From Torpedo marmorata (Eukaryota), in NCBI GenBank assembly GCA_977017645.1, contig OZ360221.1, positions 115,754,001 to 115,818,000 of the forward strand: DNA of 64,000 nucleotides, in the 5' to 3' direction. Both the position numbers and the translations under genes were made by a program. Every line of letters begins with the position of its first letter. Positions within the stretch are counted from its first letter, which is position 1. Under the pieces are notes generated by a model. The model searched no databases and was not told the origin of the DNA. It was given only the letters and a program-made list of their open reading frames with translations. Positions 36,565 through 48,210 of this stretch are shown here, piece by piece.

Positions 36565-36730
36565 TTCTAATTCACTGATTACAGCCGTATGGGGACCGTG
36601 CTACTATTAAACTATTGAATTCATGGAGACAAGGTTGAAATTGGACCGAATTCGCTGTCACATGATTGCGTCTGCCCAATGACAATTTGGGGTTTAATCA
36701 AAAGAAGGCACTGTCTATGTGATTGATCCA
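36565..36730 (-). promoter_or_regulatory. Conserved HoxA2 promoter/5' UTR block
   Basis: Minus strand TGAATTCAATAGTTTAATAGTAGC.CGGTCCCCATACGGCTGTAATCAGTGAA is recognisable from tetrapod Hoxa2. CCAAT and TGACAG motifs lie nearby. Confidence 0.7.
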
Positions 36731-38929
36731 AAAAGTCAGAGAGGAACGCCTCATTCTGGGCCAGCAGTGTTTTGATTTCTACTTTTTGATCCATTTTCCC
36801 ATAATAAATGTGCAAAAGATTTCAGTTTTAAAGCTCGTGGAAATCAGTTCTCACAGCCTTGCTTGTTTCCCCACTGTCTCCCTTTCTGTCTCCTGCACAC
36901 TTGCTGGCTCCTGTTTCTCTGTGTGTTACCGACTGTCACGAAGACGACTTGCACCTCACAAATCATCTTGCACCTAAATCTGACGCCTAGAGTCATTAAC
37001 AAAGTAATCCATTAATCTTCAAAGTTTTGACATTGGACCCTAGAACCCAGCCGCATAAGAAGTTACACCAGGCGAAGCTACAGCCATTTGCTTCCATGCT
37101 TTCGTTGGGAGTTCGGTCCCCTGTCATTATTTTTGTGCTGTACGGGATAATTTTTGAATTTTTGTGCTGTATGGAGGCAGTAACTCACGCAGGAGATCGA
37201 ATATGGTGGTGATTCTGGATACTACATTACATTTTTATAGCCCTGAGTTTGTGACCAACGAAAAACGTAAAAGGCATATCATTGAAGGTATTGTATTATT
37301 TTATTTTCTAAAATCTGTGCCATCGAAGGATTAGCTCTTCATGATTTAAAACATTCTCAGATACTCACACGCATACATTCAAGCATTCGCACAGATAAGC
37401 ACGCTCGAATAGAGAAATAGATGGATAGATAGAATAATTAATAATATACATGTAATACAAAACGAAACTGTTTTAGTTTAAAGCGAATTTTCGTAGCAGA
37501 GCCGAAGAAGCAAACTGATCGCTTGCTTTCAACAACTTATATCTGAATTATCTTTTAAAATACCACTACTTTCATCTGAATCGTGAAGGGCGTGTGTGAT
37601 GGTGAGGGCGGGGGAGGGGATGAAAGCTAAGTCATGATACACTTATATTCGTTCTGCCCACGCAGTATTTTGTAAATATACAGGCTCTTCGAAAAATTCT
37701 CCTTCGCGGACGAGGAATTCAAGGGTGCTGGGAATTTATTGAAACGAGCAAGATGGAAATGTGGTGGTTTGCTAGGCCTCCGTTTTGCTTATACCGCAAA
37801 CAAAGCTGTAAGGAAGTATGTGCGCTATCAATCTTGTTCGGCTAAAGGTCTGACAGCTTCTGGCCTCCAAGAACACATTTAAAGCTTCTCGTTGTAATGT
37901 CGAATATCATCAAGAGTGTGAGAACTAAGCTGGGTTCTTAAAATTGTTGCAGAAAATATTTTATTTATCTTCATTGCATAATCAAAGATACTGTATTATT
38001 ATTCCAAAGGATGAGTTCGTTAAAAAATAATAACTAACACTACTATTCCCTCTTTCAAGTTTGGATTGAGGATTTTGATGCTAACCTACAAATGAAAAGA
38101 GCTTGTTACAATTAAATGGAGCTTTTGTATGTGAAATGTGAGTAGGTGTTGGCGTTCTCCAGATTTTCAATGTCTCTGTTGTAAGGATATGTGGGCGCAA
38201 GAAAAGCCCGTTTATTCAGTTTGTTAACAACGTAAAATGGAATGAAACAGAAAATGTTATATTTTAAGATACGGACGTGTTAATTTTATACCTTTCCTTC
38301 TCGTAAAATTTAGCTGTAAGATAGATATGCTGGGACAATAGTTCAGTGATGCAATCCAAATATTTTGTACATGTACATGTCAACAAACGCGAGTTAGATT
38401 GTCACTATTTTGTGGGTAAATTATTATTGTGTACTGCGAGTAATGATTTGTTAAGTTTTTGAGTGTTTTAACAATTTAAATTAATTCAAAATTAAAAGTT
38501 GGAAATATCAATTAAGAGCGAGCGATAATACATATTGAGTTAAATAACGTTTTAATGGTTGTTTCGTTACTATTTAACCTTTCAAAATCAAGTCAATGAG
38601 ACTTTCATTGTATAAAATTACAGCAGTCTTTCGGATCGCATCTAACGAGTGCACTAGGTAAAATAATTTATTTTTAACTATTATGCGCGAAAACAAATCG
38701 AGACTTCTAAGGTTGGGCGCAGTATGTTTGTTTAACCTGAATTTACTAATCTCTGCTTTATGGTAAATTGTCGGAGTAACGCAGTTCACGTTACACCTCC
38801 ATTCGATGATCTGTGTTTTAATTGTATCACATTTAAAACATTACGACCTGGGTAAAGTCTCCCATGTATTTTGGATAGGAAGCTAAATTAGACAACATAT
38901 CCTGAGGGAAGCACAGAGGGAGAGAATGC

Positions 38930-38980
38930 CGACAACATGGCGTCTCCTTTCTGGGCGCTTGGGCTCTGTCAAATGGAAAT
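38930..38980 (-). promoter_or_regulatory. Candidate core of HoxA2 r3/r5-neural crest enhancer (BoxA-like)
   Basis: Minus strand TGACAGAGCCCAA resembles mouse BoxA (TGACAAAGCCCAA, recalled). An adjacent Egr-like TGGGCG is present, about 2.5 kb upstream of the ATG. Confidence 0.4.
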
Positions 38981-41051
38981 TAATTTATTTTATTAGAAAT
39001 ATTACGAACCAAGTATAAGTTTCTTTTTAGTTTTTTTCCACAATTTGAGTAAAACACGGGCATAATTTGAAACGCGGTGATGGGTTTTCTAAAACCATAT
39101 TTTTTATCTACAAATCTACATACACAGTACACAAATATTTTAGGGACGTAGTTGGATAGATCTTCACTTTATGTGATTAATTAATGAATGTCTATCGTGT
39201 CTAGCCTGAGATGATACCTTTAAAATTAAGAAAATGCGCGAGGGGAACTTTTAAGCAACTATCTGACAACTAGAATGGTGTAATATCAGTATACTTTCAT
39301 TTTATAGCTCTCTTGGTTGACGCGGGAAACGTGCAATGGGAAGAAAAGGGTCGGCAGAATTAACATTAATTGCTGTAAATGTTGGATTGCAGAATATTTT
39401 TTGCATTGCGTTTTACGATTTAAATGCAATTGCTTAACGGAGAAATAGTAAATGATGAGTTTATTTGCTGTGGAATTAAAAGGGCATTTTAAAATAAATA
39501 AGGCGCACGGTCCGCTACTTCTATTTGTATGTTGAGCGGTATCAGCCTACGTAGACGATCGTGCTTCATTGTTTAGAATCGGCTTACACCTTGATTTTAT
39601 ATATTCATGGGCTAGAGTTTAAAAACTATTCCATCAATGCTTCTCAATGAGCTGTTTATTTAAAGTCATGAGTGTCAAACATTTTTGAATTCTGACATTT
39701 TCTCTTTTTCTCTCCTCTCAGCAAATGCATTATACATTGGAAAACGAAGAAGACGAGTATAGTAGTGTTTCTCCTGGCTGGTGAAATATTGTTTGAGCAG
39801 TGTAATATCTGTACATTTTATATGTGCTATGTATATGTCTTGATCAAACAAACTATTATCAATAATTAAAGAAAATTAATCCAATAATGTATCCTTGTGG
39901 GGCTTTTTATTTCCTACATGGGAAAAGAAAATGAGTCTTCTCCTTTTTGGGCTTTAATAAATGCAGCATTGAAGACAGATGCAAGCCACATGAAAATGGA
40001 TGATGTTACAGTGTGGGGGTTGAAGCACTCGGTTGTAGCCACACAACACAAAGGAACCAGACCAAAAGGCTGTCTGTTTTGCTGTGTCCTGCTGAACTGG
40101 TCTCCATTTTCACAAACATTTCAGAAGAAATATAGTGCATATCTGTTAGCAGGGTTAACATTCCAGGCAACACCATATTGCTGACAAAAAAATTTATTCT
40201 TCAGATCTAGCTGTTCAATGGTATCTCATTTGCAGCATGGAATGCAGATCTAAAACAAAATTATGGCAATTTTGTGTTTCATTTTAAGAATACTACAGTT
40301 ACAGACTAAATTCTGTTGTCTTGGCATTATTCCCACAATTGATCATTGCTGTTCTTTGTTACATTATGAACAGAAAACTACTTTTCTGTGTATCTTACAG
40401 GAATTAAAAACAAACATATCTTTACCATGACTTAAAACACAAGGCTGAACATAACCAAGTAAATAGTTAATGTACAGTTCTCTTTATAAATATGTGTCAA
40501 TGGGGATAAATAATATTTTAAACACTTAGATTATTCTCCTTCAAAGAGCAAATAAATAAATTTGAATGTTCACCAGCATACACACATACTGAAAGATGGA
40601 CAAGAACTCTTATTTGCCCAGGGATCCCCTGTACAAGCACATTGATCTTGTTTAACCATTCAATTAAAGAAGTGCAATATAAACCATTTTACTGTTCCTC
40701 GTAAGGAAAAATAAAGCACGAACAAATTCACGTTTATGTATTTTTTAGAAAATTTGTTCATATACCCTGTTTGATAAGAGTAGAAGATTATATATGCAAA
40801 GTTCTGGAAGCCTCAGCACTTCACTTCTACTACTGAATACTAAGGCTGGAGTCCATGAAAAGAACAACCACTAACCAGAGACAGAGCAATACAAGCAAGG
40901 ATTGGTTGTCAATAGAAACACCATTACATGTAAACTATAAAGATTGATGCTAAATCAAAAAGGAGAATGAGGTGAAAGAAGGAATGTAATCAAAGGTAGG
41001 ATGACATAAATGCATAAGAAAGTGATAGTACACCAGCAGCCAACTGGTCCA

Positions 41052-41824
41052 TTACAGATGGGTCAGTTTAGGTGCTTCCTGAATTCTTCCCTGAGACGGA
41101 TGGTGCGAAGAAAGGTCTGTGTATGTGGGATGTGGGTCACAAGGTCCATGATGATGGTTGCTGGTCATTTGGCCTGCACCATTATAGTCCATATTTCCAG
41201 AGGAAGGATGGCCAAGGTGGGTTAAGCTGAAAAGAGAAGGCCCAGAGCTTGGCATGGATTCGACAAAGTTCCCTCCAACGTACACTGGGCTACCCTGTAA
41301 ATGAGGAGTCCCATAGCTGCCATTGCCTTGAAGAGCATGTGTATCATATTCAGGCGTCACAGCTGTTGTCCCAGCATATCTCTTCTGTGGAGGTGGGCAA
41401 TTGTTGAGAGGCCCAGGATAAGATGTAGGGATAACATATGAATTCTGATGAGGTTTGCTGAAGGAAGTAGGTGAATGAGGATCATATGCAGCACTGGTTG
41501 CCAAGGAATGCATTGAGTTTGCATATCCTCCTGCAGCAGAAGGTGGGATGGGGCTTCTGCATGGTGACTGTCCTCCAGAGGAAGTTAACATGCCTTTTGC
41601 TTTCTGATCCTTTTTGTATTTCATTCTACGATTCTGGAACCAGATTTTGATTTGTCTTTCAGTGAGGTTTAACAAATTGGCCATTTCAACCCTCCGAGGC
41701 CTGCAAAGGTATCGATTAAAGTGAAATTCCTTCTCCAGTTCCACAAGTTGGGCACTGGTGTATGCTGTGCGTGCTCTCTTGGAAGCTGGGCCAGGAGGAC
41801 TTTTTTCACCAGCAGAACTTTCAA
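41052..41824 (-). CDS. HOXA3: HoxA3 coding exon 2 (homeodomain)
   Basis: Acceptor ttttccatag|TT, then [52 protein letters not shown] and C-terminus [13 protein letters not shown]. The joined CDS is 1236 nt (411 aa). Confidence 0.97.
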
Positions 41825-43239
41825 CTATGGAAAAAGAAAACAGTCATTGATTAAGTACATCTATATGGGTTATAAATATGCATATTAATATTCTAACATA
41901 TTCATAAGTAGTTACATTAACCCACAATAAAATCAGTAAATGGGGCTTTTAAAAACCATGATATGTGCTATCGGTGTAGAGTTACTGAATACATACAGAG
42001 CTAATCAATATATTTGGTTATATTTGGAAATGAAAACTGATTTCCAGCACCTGATCAATTTTACATAAAATATAAGATATATAAGATCTTGAAGTGCTCT
42101 TCACCCCTTAAAAGACATACATTTTTATGTCACCATAGTTTCTAACATAGTGTGCTATTTCAAGCTATTGAGTGGTTGCTTTTCTTAAAAAAGCACCTGG
42201 TTACATATACTTTGCAGTGGTTCAAGAGGTGGCTCACCACACATAATCTATGGCAATTATGACAGGGCAATAAATTTTGTCCTTGCCAGCAATACACGCG
42301 ACCAATAATTGAACTAAAATATATTAAATATGAATAATGATCATTCATATTTACTGATCACAATTTTGAATTACATCGACAATGTTCTTGTGGTTTACAG
42401 AAAATGTATCTAAGTTTTTTAATGTATTTTTAGTTTCTGGACATAAATAAATGTTTCCATACTTGTGGTTGAAACCACAGATATAGATCTGATTTCAAAA
42501 CATTTGCAAATCATTTCACTTTATAGAAGTATCACTGATGTCCACAAATCTTGCTCTTATTCATATACATTAAAAATAGATGTGTACATTTTCAAAGTTT
42601 GCTTTTAAGAAACTGACAATTCAAGTCCAATCATTTATACACTGGTCCTCAAAACTTGAAATTAAATGAAAAATATTTTATTCACTGCCGAATCCTGGGC
42701 TTTAAGATATTTATAACTAACCACTGGGTCATTGCTAAAAATATATAACCCATTTTATAAATAGGTGTACTACCTTCAGATTAGTGTGAGTATATACAGC
42801 ATTGAAATTAACCTGGCATAGTTGATGCAATTAAAGTTTAAAAAATTATATACAGGTGTATATGCATATCTGACTCTGTATGTGTGAAAGAGATGAAAGA
42901 GTTGTTGGAGGGAGGAAGAGGAGAAGGTTAAAAGGAAGAGCGTTCATAATGGCAGTAGCTAGATGAGATGCCCTCTCTCAATTTTTCCTGTAAAATATAT
43001 AACTTAATTTACCTAAACTATATTTAACAAATATTGGTGTTACTGTTTATAGACTAAATGTCTTATCATTGTCTGAAAATGATCCATCCATTTTTTAGAG
43101 ATTAAAGTTTCACAGCTATTGCAATTATTTGCTTGTCCACATAAAATAGCGATAATGGGAATGATTCCATTTGCATCTAATCCATTGCACCACTGACATG
43201 ACAATTAATAATCAAAGGGTAAGACAAGATACAATATAC

Positions 43240-43702
43240 CTGAACTAGAACTGCTGGTCTTTTGCTTGGCATTTTGGCGTGTTTCTTTCATCCAAGGGAA
43301 TATTTGTTTACTAATGGTGGTTTGTGAGGTAAGTGTGGGATTTTTGCTTGTGCTGGATTGATTTGAGTTGCTGCTGGTATTTTGTGGTGGGGATACAGAT
43401 GGTGGGGGTAGGGGTGGGGGTGGTGGAGGTGGTGGCTGTTTCTGTTGCTCTGCAATAACTGGGAGATGGCTCGCTTGGTTGGCACTGGTTCGCATGCAAC
43501 TTTCATTCATTTCATTGGGCTTGTGATGAGGGACAGTGCTAGCAGGTGACTGCAGAGAGCAGGCAGGCCGGTGATAGTCATTTTCCACATGGGATGAAGG
43601 CGGATATTGTTGCTGATTGGCATTGTAGTTAAAACCATTTGCTCCTTGGTATGTGTAACCACCGAAAATTGCAGAGCTGTCGTAGTATGTTGCTTTTTGC
43701 AT
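43240..43702 (-). CDS. HOXA3: HoxA3 coding exon 1
   Basis: ATG at 43702 gives [16 protein letters not shown], a poly-Pro tract and KQIFPWMKE, with donor TCAG|gtatat. Confidence 0.97.
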
Positions 43703-43835
43703 CTCGTTGCTTCCCAATATTTATTTCACAAACTGACAGGGTCTTGACACCCTTTTCGAATAACATTGGCACCCGGTATCACGTGACTCTTCTTCCAATG
43801 GCCTCTTCGGGTAGACCTAGGGTTACAAGAAACAA
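43703..43835 (-). promoter_or_regulatory. Conserved HoxA3 leader: splice acceptor at 43817/43816, CCAAT box and E-box
   Basis: tttgtttcttgtaaccctag|GTC acceptor, ATTGG, GTCACGTGA and the conserved Hox3 leader GTGTCAAGACCCTGTCAG...AAATAAATATTGGG. Confidence 0.7.
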
Positions 43836-46800
43836 AACCATAATGGTGAAATGATACAAATCCATCTTACTCTCAATAGCAGCTGACATCAAAAGCCATA
43901 AAAGAAAAAGTGTGCAGCAATATTTGGTCACACAGCTTGGCCCTGGGCATTCCAAGAATAACAGCGGTTTAAACTGACTCTCAGCACTAAATGTTTAGTG
44001 TGGATAAGAACCAAACTCAGTTTCTACAGATTCCGGCTTCTTGGTTTATTTTGTCTGGTTATGAACACACCATACAACATATGATTTCATATGAAATCTG
44101 GATTTCGGTAGGTTGAGCTGGAAGCAGCATTTTTCTCCAGTAGTTAAGAGGAATAACAGCTTATCAATATTTTTTACAACCACTGGTTATTCAATGTTAT
44201 TGATTTGTTATGACTTATTATCTCCCTATATCTGTTTAAATTGGTCAGTTTTACATGTGTGATTCATTAATTAAGCAGACATATTGAAATAAATTCACAC
44301 TGATGTTGGAATCACTTGACTCATTTGTTTTAAAAAATGAAACTGAACGACAGGAGCTTTTGCAGCATAAACTTTCCAGCAAGAAAAATACAAAAGGCAA
44401 ACTCTTTGTTTGGCAAAATTTAATTTATTCTTACGATTAAACTGATAAATTTCAAGTTAATTGCCGGCCAAGTAGTGAATATAGCCTTTTATATAACATT
44501 TTAAAAACTATTAGCAGACGTTGTCGCAGACCCTATTTCAGTTCTCGCCAACATTGGGAACATTTGGATCGATGGACATTAATTATATTTATCCTTTTCT
44601 AGAGAGGAGCTTCGTTTTAAAATAATATTTCCGACATTCTTAAACCTGGCGCGTTAGACAAGAATTTCAGTATGTTCCCTCCACTGAGTGCATTGTTTTC
44701 CAAATAATTTAACTCGTGTTTGTTTTTACTCTCCTGATTTGCCCGGACTGGCGAGGAGAAATGTCATGCTTTTTGTTGGTTCCACTTTTAACGGCTCACC
44801 ATTTGGTCTGGCGGAAAATTTCAAGCCTTCTTTTTTACTGTTTGAATTCTACCTGTTAAACGCATGATGGATCGGAAAGCGCCAGGAACCTGAAAAACTG
44901 GCGTTCTTCTTCATGACCACGGTGTGAACCTTTCTTCCAACCAAACGATAATAGGCTCTGTCTCTGAAACTGCCCGTAATTTGATGTATGGGGGTCAGTA
45001 GGCCGGGAGGAGAGCTGGAAACCCAGCCCACAAAGAGTGCCTGCATCACGAGAACGCGGCAGTAAACAACTCACTTCAAATCTTTCAGTTAATTATTATT
45101 TTCCTAAAAATACAACGGTGCCCGTGGCTAAAAAATAATTCTCACCTCTCGCATGGAATAAATTGATAGTGCTGAATTATTTTCGCGTCGGTTATACAAA
45201 GCTTGGCGTGGCCTGCAGATCACCATTTAATTTAGAAATAATATTGGGATGCTTGGTCACGAATGAGGTCTTTCTGTAGGCTAAGGTATGTAAGGATCGC
45301 TGTTTATATTTGAGTATAATTTTCAGCACGAATTTAGTGTATATAGAAAACCATTGTTTCCTCTGGCTTTCTTTGCCTCAGACGCTCTTAATACAAAGAG
45401 AGTCTGTTTGAAAAGTAAACAAAAAACTGCAGATTATGAAAATCTGAAATAAAACAGAAAATGCTGGAAATGTCCAGCAGACCAATCTGAGACCATTATA
45501 AAACAGTTCAAGCTCCCAGCAAACAGATATACACCGTACACGTTCAAAACAATCATTTCGAAATGTTTTTCCCCCCTGCGCTTTGTACAATGTATTGAGC
45601 GGCCAAACACAGATGAACTGCATGGCCCTTTTATATTTTTGCACATCTCTGTATTGCTATAACACATATTTCGCGGCAGTTTAGTCAATTTGACCTAAAC
45701 GTGCAGATGTCTTCAAGCCCGCTGCAATTTCTTCAGATCTATTAATGAAAACGAAACTGCTGAGATCGGCGGGCAAGGACAAAAATGTGCTAAGTATAGG
45801 TTTTAAATAACACTTCTTGTGTGTTTCTGAACATGGACGTTTCAAACACCAGATCATGCTTTTGAAAGATAAGTTTAACCTCTTGTCTTAAGAACGAATC
45901 AACTACCAGCAGCAGCACTTCATGGCCCCAATGTATTTAAAATATTGAAACCATAAAATAGCGGTAGCCTGAAACCCAAGCCCAGCGATACATTGTGGGA
46001 GCTAGTGATCACAGAACTGTTGAGTTATTGGGTTTTAATGTTAAGAAGTTGTTATTAATTTGCATTATTTCCAGCTCTTACGTATCATCAAAATTACTTA
46101 CAAGAACATAAAAATAAGCCAGCAAGGAAAGGTTGCGACATTTATTTTTTATGAAAACTATTTCATAGAAACCTTGTGAGAGGCTGCTTAAACATCAACA
46201 ATGTCTTTTGGTTTCTCGGCCCTGAGTAGCGTCCGCCATTTTCCTTGAAGCAATGAACAAAACTTTACTCACCTGTGTAAACGCTATGGATTTAATTATA
46301 TATGATTACACTCAGCAACACTTCAATATTTTTCAAAACAAATTTTCTTCCATTTATATTTGTGAAGCAAATAATTTAATCTTGTATTACGATTCGTTTT
46401 CATTTTGTTTATATGTTTGAGTGAAGGGACGGTTTGTATCTGGAATCCAACACTTTGCACAGATCATACTGCATATTGACGTGTGTGCATGTATATTAAC
46501 TACTCTTTGAACAAAATATGTCTTTTGAAGTAACATACAGGGTTTATCCAATAACCCTTCCAGCAAGTTAGAAAGTACCACAAGCCTTTTATAATGAATG
46601 TTACAGGCAAGACCAAGCTAGGCATAATGCAAGTAAAAATGACACAGCAACAGCTATCTGCGTTCTCTGCATCACTAAGGTTAAAGGTAGAAAGGTTGAA
46701 AAGGAAAGCACTGGAACTCAGATTCTAACAGGAACAACAGTATGGGTGTCTAGCTAAATATGTGGTGGTGTGCCTTAGGCGGAATTCTAGGCAATAATAA

Positions 46801-46941
46801 ATTCATAAAACTTCGAAAATACAGAGGGAAATAGCTCAAAGAAACCAATCAAGGGCGAACGAGAAGCAGAACACTGAAATAAAAGAGTTGAATTAGAAGC
46901 CTACGGGTATCAGTCACAATATGAAAGGAAACTATAGCATG

Positions 46942-46986
46942 TGAACTTTTCTTGAACCGAGATTTAAGTCATATGGTCATAAATCA
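46942..46986 (-). promoter_or_regulatory. Hox3-paralog DR5 RARE with adjacent Hox/Pbx site
   Basis: Minus strand GGTTCA-agaaa-AGTTCA (46958-46942) and TGATTTATGA (46986-46977). It matches the DR5 conserved upstream of vertebrate group-3 genes (GGTTCA-agaag-AGTTCA, recalled). Confidence 0.85.
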
Positions 46987-47954
46987 CTGGGACATAAACT
47001 CCGCCATTCACGAGTGATAGCCTGTTTGTGTCCAGCTTACCTTAGTCTCTGACGATAGACGCAGACCCCGGCACAATATTTTCAGATTCACCGGGGAAAT
47101 CGATAAGCAGGAGTTTCAAAACTTCGGAATTAATTGGAATGAAGACAAACAATTACTTTTATACGCTGAAATTCACTCGTTGGCGACAACGGCGAATGGG
47201 GAAAGGAAAATGGTAGAGCAGCGAAAAAACTGGAGAGAAGGCTCCAGCTTTTGGATGGTCACCCTTGTGATTATGGTAGCGCGCCCTGGTCAGGGAGATA
47301 AGACTACTATCAGCCTCCCTGGCAGCTCTTATCTAATACCAAAGAAATGGGGTATGTTTCTTATGAATATTGAATGCTAAAAGCGCGGATTTTAAGTTTG
47401 CTGTCTGGCAGTATTGAATAGACAGGCTGGGTAAACTCCCCCGAAACATAGCGTCACAAGTGAAAAATTATGCAAATTAACGAACACGGAGAACACTAGC
47501 GCCTGGGTTTGGCAATTACTGTATTGAATCTATGCAATCAAACTTAAAACGAGCTTGTCCCATTTATATCAGTGCACTTTTTTAAATAATCAGCCAGATC
47601 ATAACAGAACTTTACATGCTTTAAATATGCACAACCTTTCGCATTAAAAGTGCTAGCATAACTTTTATTAACTCCTTGTTGCAAAGAAAGGCCTTTGTTT
47701 GAAGTACAACGTGAGACTAGATAGGAGGAAATACGGCGCAAGGGTGAAAGTACAACCAGTTTTAAACAGGTTCAGTTGATTTTAAAGCTTATCCTGTTTG
47801 ATTTAGTATTGCCGAATTTAAAAGTGCTAAAATAAAAAGTATTTCAGCTATAGCAGTGAAAAGTTACACTCCGGAAGAAAAATAACGAAGGGACGAAGGC
47901 GAGCAATGAAAAAGTATATGAGCTATAGTCACCCCCTTATGCATACCAATGCTT

Positions 47955-48210
47955 CTGTCGTTTATGGCTACGTAAGATTTATGACTTCATGCACTAAGGC
48001 TGTAAACAGAGCACTAAAGAGAAAACACTTGCCCCTATCGCTTATTGCGATGCAACTACATGAAAGGGGAAGCCAAGCAGCGTAGGAGGGAAGATAGGGC
48101 CAAAAATTCACTCGTATGCAACTTTACAAGTAAGCCGCTCAATGTTTTTCTGTAGTGAAGTGCTTTATTGTCAATGATCAGCCCGTCCACTTATCTTAAT
48201 GTGCTGACTC
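47955..48210. promoter_or_regulatory. HoxA3 r5/r6 enhancer (MafB/kreisler and Hox-Pbx autoregulatory sites)
   Basis: Minus TCATAAATCT at 47984-47975, minus TGATCATTGACAA at 48180-48168, and an AT-flanked half-MARE ttaatgTGCTGAC at 48202-48208. The site set resembles the mouse/chick Hoxa3 enhancer. Confidence 0.65.

Noticed and set aside
35609-43717. Extended N-termini in the ORF track (35699, 36485, 43717; also 61171)
   Set aside because: They use non-ATG starts or read through intron sequence. The conserved ATGs and splice sites give intact spliced frames.
47270-47295. CTCF-like motif (also near 31740 and 32925)
   Set aside because: Each has mismatches at normally invariant core positions and cannot be supported without a PWM scan.
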